NCBI GenBank assembly: GCA_012295275.1
Contig: CM022665.1
Coordinates: forward strand, 39,990,001-40,054,000
DNA from: Chrysomallon squamiferum
Taxonomy: Eukaryota > Animalia > Mollusca
Direction: 5' to 3'
DNA: 64,000 nucleotides
Under the pieces are notes generated by a model. The model was not told the DNA's origin. It did no database searches and saw nothing but the letters and a program-made list of their open reading frames with translations. Below, one piece after another: positions 31,506 through 46,350 of this stretch (its first letter is position 1; each line of letters opens with the position of its first letter). The translations under genes were made by a program, and so were the position numbers.

Positions 31506-31715
31506 GAAATAAAACACACACAATATACATATATAAGAAATAAGAATTCCCGGAATTATTTTCAGTACTTTTAACAGTGTCAGTTTTTGTATCCTTGGTC
31601 AGACATTTTACCATAAAAACCCACTGACACTAATCATGGACAGAACTAAATTTCCCAAACAGTGGAATCCATGCATACCAGAATGCTTACACCATTCCAA
31701 TATATACTGTCTGCA

Positions 31716-31762
<47 letters not shown>

Positions 31763-32510
31763 CAGACAATAACGTCATCAATTCACGAGTTTTGACGAAG
31801 TCTACGATCACGTGAACAAACTATGTAACGCCCAGTCTTTTTTTTTTTTTCTTTTTTTTAACAAAAAAGAAAAGAAAAAAACATGTTTAAACATCGGTAT
31901 GTTGTTATTCTGTAAAACAAAAACAAACCTCGTCTTCCAAAGAGAAAACTTGTAATTAATTGCCGTCCATAGATAAACAAGAAGCTAAGTGGAAAGGTTG
32001 CTTTATCGGCGGCCAAATACAACTGAATAAAGCCCCAGGTGTCAGAGATCGTCCAGTTCTTAATACTTTCATCCGTGGCATTTCTCCTAAGTGCAGGAAC
32101 CTGTAGACGTGAAGACTTCTTAAAAGCAGATCTTTTTAATATGTTGATTTATCTCACATTTAAAAAGTAAGTCAGAAATGATTCCTGTCTGTCGGCAGTT
32201 GGGGAAAAAAAAAAAAAGGAAAAGGGAAGATTATAGAAACAAATAAAAATAAAAAAAATAAAAAAAATTATATAAAAAAAGAGTTACGGAATATATACGT
32301 ACACTAATAGATATATGTTCTCACATACATACATTCTCTCAAAGACACACACAGACATGTACACATACATACATATTCACACACACACACACACACACAC
32401 ACAAACGCTCACTCAAACACATACACAATCACACAAAAACACACACACATACACGTTCACACCCGAGACATATATGCACAACCATCCACACACACAACAC
32501 ACACACAAAA

Positions 32511-33650
32511 CTCTCTCTCACACACACGTAGTCACACATATACTCACTCTCATAGACACACATATGCAACACACCATCCTCTCTCTCACACACATAGTCA
32601 CATATATACTCACTCTCATAGACACACATAGACAAACACACGTACTCTCTCTCACACACATAGTCACACATATACTCACTCTCATAGACACACATACACA
32701 ACACACGTACTCTCACACACGTAGTCACACATATACTCACTCTCATAGACACACATACACAACACACGTACTCTCTCTCTCTCACACACATAGTCACACA
32801 TATACTCACTCTCATAGACACACATACACAACACACGTACTCCCTCCCTCTCTCTCTCACACACATTGTCACACATATACTCACTCTCATAGACACACAT
32901 ACACAACACACGTACTCTCTCTCTCTCTCACACACGTAGTCACACATATACTCACTCTCATAGACACACATAGACAACACACGTACTCTCTCTCTCTCAC
33001 ACATTGTCACACATATACTCACTCTCATAGACACACATACACAACACACGTACTCTCTCACACATTGTCACACATAAACTCACTCTCATAGACACACATA
33101 TACAACACACACACGTACTCTCTCTCTCACACACATTGTCACACATATACTCACAGACACACATAGACAAACACACGTACTCTCTCTCTCTCTCACACAC
33201 ACATAGTCACACATATACTCACTCTCATAGACACACATAGACAACACACGTACTCTCTCTCTCACACATTGTCACACATATATACTCACTCTCATAGACA
33301 CACATACACAACACACGTACTCTCTCTCTCACACATTGTCACACATAAACTCACTCTCATAGACACACATACACAACACACGTACTCTCTCTCTCACACA
33401 CATTGTCACACATATACTCACTCATCATACACACACATACACAACACACACTACTCTCTCTCACACACACACATTGTCACACATATACTCACTCTCATAG
33501 ACACACATACACAACACACGTACTCTCTCACACACACACATTGTCACACATATACTCACTCTCATAGACACACATACACAACACACGTACTCTCTCTCTC
33601 TCACACACATTGTCACACATATACTCACTCTCATAGACACACATACACAA
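32511..33650. repeat. Minisatellite, ~17 copies, 60-76 bp period, embedded in a CA-rich region (about 32340-34040)
   Basis: The core GTCACACATATACTCACTCTCATAGACACACATACACAACACACGTA recurs at about 32531, 32597, 32663, 32723, 32793 ... 33612. Copies are separated by variable (CT)n(CA)n linkers. Confidence 0.93.
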
Positions 33651-35732
33651 ACACGCTCACGCTCACACACGCACTCACACACACATTCTCACACACACAC
33701 TCACATAACTCACACACACTCACACACACATACTCGCACACACTCACACACACACTCATACACACACACATACTCACACAAACCTCACACACACACACTC
33801 ACATACACTTACACACACACTCATACACACACATATACTCACACAAACTCACACACTCACATACATTCACACATACACACACACAAATACACACATACTC
33901 ACACACACTCACACTCAACACACACACACGACATATATACACAACCATCCACACACACAACACACACACGCACCCACACACAACACTCACACTCACACAC
34001 ACACACACACACACCAGTACAAATTACACATATACTCGCACATAACACCATGCAGACACGCAGTTTTACAACTGAAACAAGAATTAATTGGTGTGATTGA
34101 AGCGAGTCTGGTAGTTTGTTTACTTAGACAGTGAAGCAGACAGTTAACAAGGTGATGGTTCTAGGGACAACAGTTTTATTTGAACAGTCATTTTGCACTA
34201 AAACGTGGTTAAAATTAATTCCCTGGATAGTGGCTGGATTACAGTGTATTATAAGAAGAAGAAAAGAAAGAACAGAATGGGTAAAAGAGGAAATAATAAA
34301 AAAAAATAAAGTTAACAAAAGAAGAAAAAAAAGAAGAGGAATAAAATAAAATAATAAAATAAAATAAAATAAAATAAAATAAAATAAAATAAAATAAATA
34401 AATAAAATTTAATTTAATTTAATTTAATTAATTAACTTTAAAAAATAAGACCAATAAATAAAGAAAAGTCAAATGAAATAAAATCCTGTTTCATCAAAAT
34501 CCAGTTTCGAAATTAAAGATATATTTAGCACACAGACACACACAAAACAATGTTAAAAATGTTAAAAAAAACAAAAAAACAAACATCCTTGAAATTCAAA
34601 TCGTATTTTACATCATCCATGCCTATAATAAAAATATATATAAAAAAAAAAAAAAATTCAATTATGTTTACGCCTTTACATAATTCAACACATTCACCCT
34701 CCTCTGTATCTGTTTATCTATAACAAACTTTGTATACCTGAGACGACACTGCTTACGAAACGCATGATTGGGTTAATTTCTTGTTCAGACGATCATGTTG
34801 CTGCAATCAAAATGCTTAAGCCAGCGTCTCATTGATAAAGTAACTCAATTCATTTGCAATTTAAATACTCCCGTCGAAATTGCATGCCTCGATATTCATC
34901 TAAGATCGTTTATCAAGGATGCAAATTAAAAGCAATGGCCGAGCTGGAGAAACTTCGTCAACTGTTAAATATAATAAGCAGCAGCACTTTTGATTCTACG
35001 GTTGAATAAGCAGTGTTAACCAAATCCGTCAGAGAAAATCAAATTTGATGGGGATTTTATTTTTTTTATTTTTTTATTTTTTTTAAATTTTCTTTTGTAA
35101 AGTTTTGTTTATTGTTGACACGTAATTGTTGAGACGAGCCTTCTGAAAATCCGTTTAGAAGCTGAGTGAGAAATTTCTAAAATACGCCAGTTAAAAATAT
35201 ACGTTTCATTTTTATTTTTTTATTTTTTATTTATTCGTTTAAATTAATTTCTTATTACTAATTTTAATGCTGTTTAATACATCGTGTGCTAGTAAATATG
35301 TATGTATATATGTGTGTATTTATATATGTGTGTGTAATTATGTAACGAAATTTATGATGACCTTTCACCGTATATCCCTAAAAACATTATATGGTATTAT
35401 TTTAAAATCAAAAGCGAAAGATTATACAGACGTCATTTTCAGATCTTCTGATTTTCTCTGATTCGTTTTCTGTTCACACAAAGTATCTAGCATTGCCACC
35501 AGCACGTGTTACGTGACATAACTGACCGGAGATATCAACAGTAAATAACACAGATGAATTCTATTCCCTACTGCTAGCTCTGTCCGCACACATTTTGGCT
35601 TCATTAAAGAGATAATTGAAATAGTTGTGTTCTTAAACACAAACAGGTGAAACCTTTGCACTGAACTACTTCCTTCTGATGTTTGTGTAACCCAGTACTT
35701 CGTGAAGCCGCAGCGAACTTTCAGTAAGTGTG

Positions 35733-36303
35733 TCCTAGTGTTCTGAAATAATAAAGGTTCAGAGAACTTAATTCGTGTAGTCTAGTGTTTTGAAATAATA
35801 AAGATGCACAGAACTCACTGTAGTCTAGTGCTTTGAAATAGTAAAGGTTCAGAAAACTTTAGTGTTTTGAAATAATAAAGGTGCAGATAACTTAGTTCAT
35901 GTAGTCTAGTCTTTTGAAATAATAAAGTTTCAGGGAACTTTAGTTCGTGTAGCCTAGAGTTTTGAAATAATAAATGTACAGATAACTTTAGTTAGTATAG
36001 TCTAATGCTTTGACATTGTAAAGGTTCAGAGAACTTAGTGAGGTCTAGTGCATTGAAATAATAAATGCACAGAGAACTTTAGTCAGTGTAGTCTTGTAGT
36101 CTAGTGCTCTGACACCGTAAAGGTGCAGAGAACTTTAGTTAAAGTAGTCTTGTGTTTTGAAATCGTAAAGGTGCAGAGAACTTTAGTTAAAGTAGTCTAG
36201 TGTTTTGAATTCGTAATTGCACAGTGCACTTTAGTCGTGTCTTGAAATAGTAAAGGTGCAGAGAACTTTAGTTAATGTAACCTTGTGCTTTGAAATCGTA
36301 AAA
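35733..36303. repeat. Degenerate minisatellite, ~13 copies of a ~46-bp unit
   Basis: The consensus is approximately GTAGTCTAGTGTTTTGAAATAATAAAGGTGCAGAGAACTTTAGTTCGT, and some units are truncated. Confidence 0.9.
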
Positions 36304-36755
36304 GGCCAATTAACTTTATTTCTGCTATAAATACCAGTCACTGACTGTTTAGATTCACAATTAAAAGACCAACAGCATTCTTTATACGACGCGAACAGAT
36401 GGCAAAAAAGAAACGGGGTAAATACACTTCGGAAAACTAATGCCTCTCTTAGAAGTTATTTTTGCAGTCCATGTTTAGATACAACATATGCCGATGCTAA
36501 GATAATAAGCAGAAAGGTTCTGTAATATTAGTGTGATGAAAAGAAATACGTTAACATTTGAAATCTGAATCCACAAATTATTTTCATTGATGTGCGAGTT
36601 AGTTTAATTTTATGGTTAAGTATGCTTAAAAAAGAGGTAGCAGCTTCTTTCGTTATTCAAAACTGGTTGTGGATAAAGATGATGTAGATGATGATAATGG
36701 TGATGATGATGATGATGACAATAATGACCAATAATTTTCGTTTCATAATAAAAAA

Positions 36756-36895
<140 letters not shown>

Positions 36896-38937
36896 CTGAA
36901 AGAGAAAAAAGGAAAATAATAATCAGCTGAAATATTTTGTTTACTTTTCATTACAAATTATTTCTCCTGTGATAAGCTGTAGCATTAAATTCTGACATGG
37001 TACATTACACGAATGTAATTGAAAGCATACATCGGTATGTAATTAAGAGAGATGATAACATTTTTGCCGTTTCTTCATCCGGAAAAGTCAAGAAATATAC
37101 CTGTGGCTTATGCTCTTGTATTCCAAGAACAGAAGGAAAAACAAACACAGAATTATTCCACTCATTTGATTGTGAAAATAATGACGATAGAACGAACTGT
37201 GAAAAATAACGATGAAAAAAAAAAAAAAAAAAAAAAAAAATAAATAAATAATAATAATAATAATAATAAAAAAAGGTTATATTTATTCTAGCCTTCTTAT
37301 TGTAAAAAATAATGATGATAAAATTGTAAAAAAAAAAAAAAAATACGTAATTACAGTTCGGAGGCCTGTCTAAGTGTTAAACATTCTAATTGATGATCAT
37401 GTTTTGAAACGTTCTCATACTTCGTCTGGTAACTGTATGATGGCTGTCGTCTGACATCGCTAGACTGGAGTTGAGTTCCTCTGTGAATCAGGGTAATGAA
37501 CTTCGATGCATCATTCAAAACACGAAGAGGCCTAGGCTCCAGCCCCTGTGATTAGTGAATTGTGTAGTACTGTCACGTGATCGTTATATTCTCCACATGA
37601 AAATAGCGTAATTCTTATATAAACTACTTCGTTTGATTCCGTGCCGTGTTTGATGAAAAAGTAAGAGGGTTGTTATTTATTTATTTATTTAATGATTTAT
37701 TTAATATTTTTTTTTTTTTTTTATTTATTTTTTTATTTGTACTTTTAGTTTTATTTTTATTCTTTTATATTTTATTTTTTTTTATTTTTCATTCATATAA
37801 TGACTGGGAAAGTATTTTTTTTTAAATACCGCTTTGTCTTTTAATTTTATTTATTTATTTATTTAATGATTTATTTATTTATTTATTTAACTCCTTTTAC
37901 AACTTTTTTCTTCTTAACTATTTCTCTTAGCATTTATTTATTATTTATGTAGAAAGGAAAAGAAAGATGATTCTGTTTTGTTATTATTTAAACAGATTCA
38001 TAACATCTACCCTGCAAATTCGAAAAATTAAGAAAAAAAAAAAAGAAGTTTACTTTCATTCTTTACTATTATTATTATTATTATTTTTATTTTAATTTTT
38101 TTTAAATATAATTTGATATGAAAAAAAATGACATGAATCAATTAGTTATTTATTCTAGTTTTATGCATTCTAAGTCAATGTAATGTATATTTTAGAACGT
38201 CTTCAAAAGAACCCCAGAAAAAAACAGTGGTCTGTCATCAAAGGCTATTTCCCATTCTAATAAAGTGCTCCGTCAATGATTTATCAAAGTTTCTGCATGC
38301 AGGACAGGTTTAATGATTTCAGAAAGTGGAACGAAACTGTCAAGATTTCTAAGATAAATTTATTTTTATTACAAAGAAAAAAAAAAATAATAATAATAAC
38401 CAGAAAAAGAAATCATTTTTCTGAGGTCAGAACATATGAGTTTCGTTACCAGTCAGATCCGAATATGTTTTACCATAATTGTAAAGCTAAAAAAAAAAAA
38501 TATTGTCGAAAATTGTGTCCAGCGATAAATCCTTTACGAAACACCTAAATAATAAAAAAAAAACCACAGTAATAAACAAGGCTTGAACTTCAGCTATTGT
38601 GATAAATCGTTACTCATTAAACAGCGGCTGACTGATCAAAGAGATTTCCTTGTTGTGTAGAGGCGAGCAGATTACTTTGCTTTAATAGATTACAAATAAA
38701 TGTATACTTACGGGGAATAATGGTTGTAATTTGTAGCAAGATCCGTAACAAACTGAGCATTTGCAGCTTAATCGTTAAGTGTCCGGTGACGCCTTGGAGG
38801 GGAGTAATACTTCTGTGGTAATGAAAAGAACGGAGGGTAAAAATAGGTAAATGAAAATGGAAACAGATTTGACGATTTGTTTTATTTCTGTAGCGAGACA
38901 GAGAGCGAGGCAGCGAAAGAGAGCCAGAGGGGGGGAG

Positions 38938-39020
<83 letters not shown>

Positions 39021-39087
39021 CAGAAATATATATTAAGAAAAAAAGAGAGTAAAAAATAGATAGACAGATATAAAAAGAGAGAGAGAC

Positions 39088-39121
<34 letters not shown>

Positions 39122-39164
39122 ATAGATAGGGATAGATGGACAGAGAAACAGAGAGAGAGAGAAC

Positions 39165-39254
<90 letters not shown>

Positions 39255-40737
39255 ATAACGAGATAATAAGGTTATAGAATTTAATAAAGAGGACACTGTA
39301 ATATCTAGAGCAGTCATAAAATGAGACTGAGATAAATAAAAGCCTGTCGCAATATCCAGCGTGTATTTTATTACTCAGCTATTCAAACAGAAAGAACAAT
39401 ATATTTCTACATTTGGAAAAGAAATAATTAAAAAACAAAAAAAAAAAAAAACATATACAACATGTAATAATTAAAACCTGCTTACTCATACACATGTGTT
39501 GTGACAGCTGGTTCTGACCTAATTTCAATCAACCGTAATTTTGAATCTCAAATAAAAAATAAAAAAAAAAAAACAACAACAAGCGAACAAATAAATAAAT
39601 TAAATAATTATAGATAGATGGACAGAGAGACAAAGAGACAGACAAACATACAGACAAAAATAAGAGAAACGGAGAGAGAGACAGACAAACAGACAGATAA
39701 ATAGACAGAAAGACAGACAGACAGAGAGAAGATATACAGACAGACAGACAAACAGACAGATACCTGATGACACGTTGTAAGATCTAATAATGTTACAAAT
39801 TTAAAGTTCATTTTCTCAGCGCACTGTCTTTGAATCAGGCAAACTGACTGAAGTTTACACCGTTCCGCCCTGTGGTCTGTTTCTCGTTCAAACCATTGCC
39901 CCTTGTTTTTTTGTGCTTTCTTGTCTATAACAAGATTCCTTGTTTCTCATCAACAGTAATAACTAATGATATGGCAGAAAGTAAAGTTCTTCTTTCTTAT
40001 CGTTGTGCCAAAAAAGAAAAATACTTTTTTTTTTTTTTGACATCTTCGAGCAAAAATCACTTATTTCGTTTTCAGCCATTTCTGCTGTGGGGAAAACAAC
40101 ATAATAGATTACCCCACCCCTTATAATTATTACGTCGTTAAACAAACAAATCAACAAAAAGAACAATTTCGAAAACGAAAACAAAGACAATAGCAATCAA
40201 CGGAAAGAAACCCGAATGTTTAGCATTCAACAAACGTTGATATTAAAAAGCATTCCGAGGTGTCATTAAACAGATTATTTTAGAAACCTCTCGATCATTC
40301 TTTAAGACAGAAATATCAAGATAAAACCATGATTTTCTTGTAAATTTTTCCTCGACCCGTTGAAATCAATAACCGAGAGTGTTACCCAGTCCGTTAATTG
40401 TCTGCGGTAACGTAACCTCTATTGTAGTGGAGTTTATTTTGGGCTGCGGTGCGTGGAAATCTTACAGTTATTGATCACATGCTTAATATGTCTTCTGGAT
40501 GTCAGCCTCTCACCGTTATCTGAAGTCCACGACACGTGTAACTGAATGTGTTAATATTACTTTGAGTAAAAATCTTGCCAAAAATAATAAAATACTAATA
40601 TTAATAATAATAATAATAATTAAAAATATTTTTTTTTTTTTTTTTTTTTTATTATTTTCTTTTATTGTATTGTATTGTTTTTAATTGTTTCATTGGATTG
40701 GATTGGATTGGATTATTTATTATACAAAGTGATAGAG

Positions 40738-40826
<89 letters not shown>

Positions 40827-41438
40827 AATGAGATCATCTAAATGAACTGTATTCTAATATCCATCATTAATAAGATTTACAATGTACGTCCGGCCGCAGG
40901 CTGTGTATTAAAGTTTGTTTTGACCAGACGTTTGTCCTAAATCCTCCGGCCAAACAAGTCCGTATTTGCTGTTTACTCTGGACTCACATACGCTTGACCA
41001 AACGTGTCAGTTTTAATAACGAATCACCGAACATAGATATTTAACTGCTTATTCCCAAACGTCTTTTCTCAACCCACTTTAATTTACACATTGTCCTTAC
41101 AGATCTTGCTACAGCTTTGGTTTTGCAAAATAGTTATACAATTGATCTTAAAGTTACAGGGATCGAATCTTTGTAAAGACTCTACGTCTAAATGAAAACC
41201 CGCAAAGCTACAACATTGATTTCTGTTTCTCTGTTTAAATTTCAAACACACTAATTCAAACACTGTGTTCAGAGGATACTAGAAATCAAGACTGAGCGGC
41301 AAGATATCAATACTTTTCGTTATGTCTAAATAAACGTGTGTAAATTCGCTCTGTTAACAATTGCAGTTTGTTTCTGTGTTGGTTTGGCCGTGTTCAGTAA
41401 CAAAACTGCTTTATACAAGTCATAAGTATACGTATATA

Positions 41439-41706
41439 GAGGTACCGGACCAACTATCCGGACTCCTTGGGGCCTGAGGCATTCCGGATTTCTGGATTTT
41501 CTGGTACCAAGGCATCTAAATACGTAAATAATTAGGCATAAACATTTTAAAATTAACATAATAAACAATGCGGCGAGTGAATGAACGCCACGCGGCTTGA
41601 AAGTGTAGTTCCGGTCTGATGAGGACAACACCTGCGCGTCGGGGAAAACTTCCGGTTTTCTGGTCTTTCCGGATTTCAGGACGCCGGATAGTTGGTCCGG
41701 TACCTG
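41439..41706. mobile_element. MITE / non-autonomous Tc1-mariner (pogo/Tigger-like) DNA transposon, 268 bp
   Basis: The TIRs GAGGTACCGGACCAACTATCCGG (41439-41461) and CCGGATAGTTGGTCCGGTACCTG (41684-41706) are 22/23 complementary. TA flanks both ends (41437-38, 41707-08). Subterminal CCGGATTT/CTGGATTT repeats are present and there is no ORF. Confidence 0.88.
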
Positions 41707-43006
41707 TAACTGCATAATATCATTTCAGAATGGTTATTTTGATTCCAAAGACCACCAAAGCGAAAAAACACCATAATTATTTACCATGCTTTGCCCAGAG
41801 CAGTTTCAGTTACAATTTGATTGCAGCATGCAACTGTTTTCTATCATTTTCTATTCTGATCCTGATAAATATTACATAATGTAATATTATATCTGATTTC
41901 TTTTTCTTTCTTTTTTTCATCTTTTTTCTTCTTTTTTTCAATTTTTTTTTCCTTTCTCTTAAATTTTTTTTTCAAATTATTTTATTTCATCTTATTTTTG
42001 ACGGTGTATATTCTTCCTCATCGAAATCGCGTACTCTCTGTTTTAGTTCTTGTAAATTTTGCTACTGAATAAAACTTGGTATGGGGTTTTTTGTCTGTGT
42101 ATATATGCGTACTTGCAGCCATTATTGCAACAAATCAGTTCTGACTGGTTTTGCGAAGTAACCCTATTAAATATCCCCAATGGTCGTTGGCATAAACTGT
42201 TATAGCACATTGACCGTAATATATATTCATGCCAAAGCGTTATGGTAGAGGAAATATGCTAAGACGAAGATTCTGGCGTGACAGGAATATTAAAATGCAG
42301 TCTTCTGTTTAATGATAAATACTGCATGGAAAAAAAGTGTTTTTGCGAGGTGAACGTTACAACTGTTATGGATGTCGGTGTTGGCATTAAAATAAAGAGA
42401 ACATATCCGCTTTTTCAGAATTTATAACTTAATTCTTTTTTCTTTCTATCTTCTGTCTATCTTTCTTTCTTTCTGCTTCTTCTTCTTTTTAAAAATATTA
42501 TTAATGTATTTTTTTTTTTAATATATATAATACTTTCATCTGATTTTCTTATCAGAACACTAAAACCATACTTTTCTAATAATAAAATTTTGTAATAATA
42601 ATATTTAAAAGTTCGCAATGACGTCATTTCGTACAGAGTATATTTTATTAATCTGCGACAAACTGACAGATAAGGCAACTCTGCCACAATTATCTGCGCT
42701 TTGGCGTCTATTTTTCTATTTCTCTGTAATAAATGACATCACAATGGCAGCCTCCATGCACTGCAATAACAACAAATTTATTTATTTCTGTCCCTTTTCT
42801 CTCTTGCTTCACTCTCTGTCCCGGTCCGCGCTACGCACTTAGAAACAATATCCAGGCAGACATGACGGGTGAAAACCAATACAGACATTCAGAATAATAA
42901 ACATCTGTCTCTCGTTTGAAATTAATAAACTTGTCACTGTGACACACAATATCCATGCGCGTTATTTCTCCGTTTGTATTCCAGTTTCGATCTTATATTT
43001 TGTTGC

Positions 43007-43043
<37 letters not shown>

Positions 43044-43323
43044 TAATTAGGAGAAAAAAAGAGCAAAAAACAAGAAGAAAACACAAGGTATGATATCCAT
43101 TTAATAGGGGTCATTAGTTTTTTTTTTTTGGTGTGTCGATCTAAATATTAAATAAAGTAATAGTAATTAATTAGGGAAGTATAATAAGGTGTTGCCAGAA
43201 TAAAGAAAATGGGAAGAAAACGTTGGATGATAAAGAGAAAATGTTTCGAATCGGAGGATTCGGTACAATTTTTGTAATAGTAATAGGATAATTTGTAGAC
43301 TGATTACAGATATATATACATAT

Positions 43324-43382
<59 letters not shown>

Positions 43383-45344
43383 TGCATTAACACGTTAATC
43401 CAACAGAGACTGCATGCGTTTATAATGCGAAACGTACAACATGCAACATTTGGAACAAGCTCTTAATAATACAGGATCGATACAACATTACGTATACTGT
43501 AGACCTTGACGTAAGTTAACATCAAATAACTACTGAATTAAATATTAATACAAAAATCTGAATTCAATACAAAATGTAAAAATATGTGGGTAGTATGACG
43601 TTTGACGTAATTATTGCGTAGGTCTACACGTGCTTCAAAATTAACAAACTAATTTCGTCCAACGTATCTTCGGGTTAAACGTGTTATCGGACAGCCGCCA
43701 ACGAGCGACATGGGACGAATTACGTTTGTTAATGGTTTCCTGGTTAAGTATTGAAGAGAATTCTCACAAAATTCAAGGATAAACTAAAATGTTTCCCGAA
43801 ACCCTGGGAGCATTCTAATGTTACGTTCTAATTTTTCAATCCTGTTATTCTCATGCATATTTAATTACGATTTTTGAACGTTGCTGTTTTCAATTTACTT
43901 TTCTTGGGTGTTTTAAGTATATCTGGCTGATGAAAAGCACAAAACGATATTGCCAAGTGCATCTGGGGAGAATTGTCTGTGCAACGGTTTTGTTACAGAA
44001 TGATGTTATTTCTGTACGAGTTTCACAACTGAACAGATTAATTCAGCTGTTTCTATTAATCTTCATTGATAGCTGGTGTCTATATGAGTAACTTAATTTG
44101 TTCCAGTTAAAAACGACACCACCAGTGTAACACAGTCTAGTTACCTCTGATATATATATATATATAATTATGTATGTATGCGCATGTGTGTGTTTGTAAT
44201 GTAATTACCACGGAAGACTTAGAAACAATTTCACACAATTTACATTAACTCCAATAATGATTTCTGTGCTATTTATAACACAAAATATACCTTATAGTTA
44301 ATTTATCTTATTTATAGTTTAACGTAATTTATAATAACTGTAATAATACTTGATATGTTTTATATTAAAAATAACAAACAACATAAGATTAACAGACCTA
44401 CCCTAGTATTACATTACACGTGTATGGCTTAACATAACTTAACATAACGAAATATGTTATATTATGTTTTGTGTTATAAATAAAAAAAAAATGTATACAT
44501 AGATTAATAGCCACTTTTTTCATCATCTCTGTATGTGTCGTTTAACATTACTTACCATAACTTAAATAATAGTTTATGTTAATTTTTATATCATAAATAA
44601 AAATAAAAAAATATACACATACATTAATACCCAGTTTTTTTCGTTTCTTTATTTGTGGTTTCACAAATATTACAATAATTCGAAAACTACGATATATGTA
44701 AATAACATAACAAAATGTACGCATAGACCAGAATCATTTATTATTCCATTAGCTTATTTAACGTTTATCCACATAATTTACAACAAGTGGGATAATACGT
44801 GTATGTTTTCTGCTACAAATAATAACAACAAAACGTAAGCACAGTTTTGACATCACAAAAAGTAGACTATAAAATATTATCACTAAATTACATGTTTTTA
44901 TGGCTATATAAAATGACGGAAGAAATTTTTTGTATTATTATAATTTTTTTTTTTTTTTTTTTAGATCTGCACACATAGCAAATTCCTATGGGAAAAAGAA
45001 GCTTTGAAGTATACGGTTTCGCATCACGCAATCTAATCATTTAATGGAATCTTACAATTTTATATAAAATGTGTACCAGTGCTGTGAGAGCAAAGAAGAC
45101 GTAGGTACTCTTGGCCTTGACTCAGAATTAAAGCTGAGATATGTATATAGTTGTTCATGATTTTTAACTTTAAAGAATTCATTCTTTATCGTTTAATGAG
45201 TCTCTCTCTCTCTCTCTCTCTCTGAATATTATATTATACGATTACACTTACAAACACATGTACTCGCTCATAATCTTATATATATATATTTTCAATTATC
45301 ATTATTATAATTATTCTTTTATTATTATTATTATTATTATTATT

Positions 45345-45384
<40 letters not shown>

Positions 45385-46101
45385 GATGATACCTAACACC
45401 AAAGGCAGAAGAACATCCAAGAATAAAACGAACACCATTACAATCAGGAATTATTTTCATAACGACCATTTTGCATATTCTGCTACGTATTATCAGGCCA
45501 AGATGTTTAATGCACCGGTTAATTTTAATCTTGTTCATAGTGACTCTTTTCTCCTCTTTCTTTTTTTTTTTTTTTTTTTTTTTTTTTGGTTGACTTATTT
45601 GCCGAAATGTTACGATTAGTATCACTATTCGTATTTTTGTGCACTTCTTGGTTTCTGCTCGACTTGCCTCGCGATTTCTGATTCTCTTCGTATTCTGATA
45701 TTCGCATCCACTTGCTGTCACGTAAGTGCCGAGATTCTGCAATTAATATCAAGAGAAAGGTCTTGATAAACACTTCTGCCAAACATCATTTGCCAAATGA
45801 GATATTCTGTTTATTTTTCATTTCAGCCGAGTGTCGTGGAAAGCTACAGTATTAACCTGAAATCGCTAATATTATTATTGTTTAAGGAGTTAAGAAAATA
45901 ATTGTTTCGTGGTTTTTTTTTTTACAGCAGTAGGTAATGGAAGTAAATATGACTGTGGAAATAACTGTGTCATTTCATTTTAGATGGTGGAAATAGTTAT
46001 CTTGTTAAACTGATGATGTTTTTAAACTGAGATATGAAAAAATGTTTATTTTTTTTTTTTTTTTTATTATTTTTTTTTTTTCAAGATGTTTATGTTAACT
46101 A

Positions 46102-46207
46102 TAGAGGCGAATTATGGGGAGTTTCCCAATAGCACCGAACCCCCCCTCGACAAAAAAAAAAGAAAAGAAAAGAAAAGAAAACTTACCTAAAGCATAATCC
46201 GTCCCTG
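46102..46207. mobile_element. Short (106 bp) internally deleted copy of the same MITE family as 49154-49488, inverted orientation
   Basis: The reverse complement of the right end, CAGGGACGGATTATGCTTTAGGTAAG, matches CAAGGGCGGATAATGCTTTGGGTAAG at 49154. The left end TAGAGGCGAATTATGGGG...AACCCCCCC mirrors GGGGGGGTT...CATGATCCGCCCCTG. No clean TSD. Confidence 0.65.
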
Positions 46208-46315
46208 AATACTGTGAAATATTAACACGAATACTGACCGTGGTTTAACATTATAAGTATTTTATTTTTAACGGAAAAATATGAATTGTGATGACTAACA
46301 AGTGTCACTAAGCTA

Positions 46316-46350
<35 letters not shown>

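Noticed and set aside
30823-31614. 263-aa Thr/Leu-rich, mucin-like ORF
   Set aside because: It is a trinucleotide mosaic that is open in several frames on both strands, with no splice or domain support.
32315-34045. His/Thr-rich repeat ORFs and a CRISPR-like repeat-spacer appearance
   Set aside because: The spacers are simple (CT)n(CA)n rather than unique sequence, there are no cas genes, and the context is eukaryotic. The ORFs are by-products of CA-rich repeats.
40880-41015. Possible small MITE with repeated TTGACCA.ACGT
   Set aside because: The terminal inverted match is too weak and there is no TSD.
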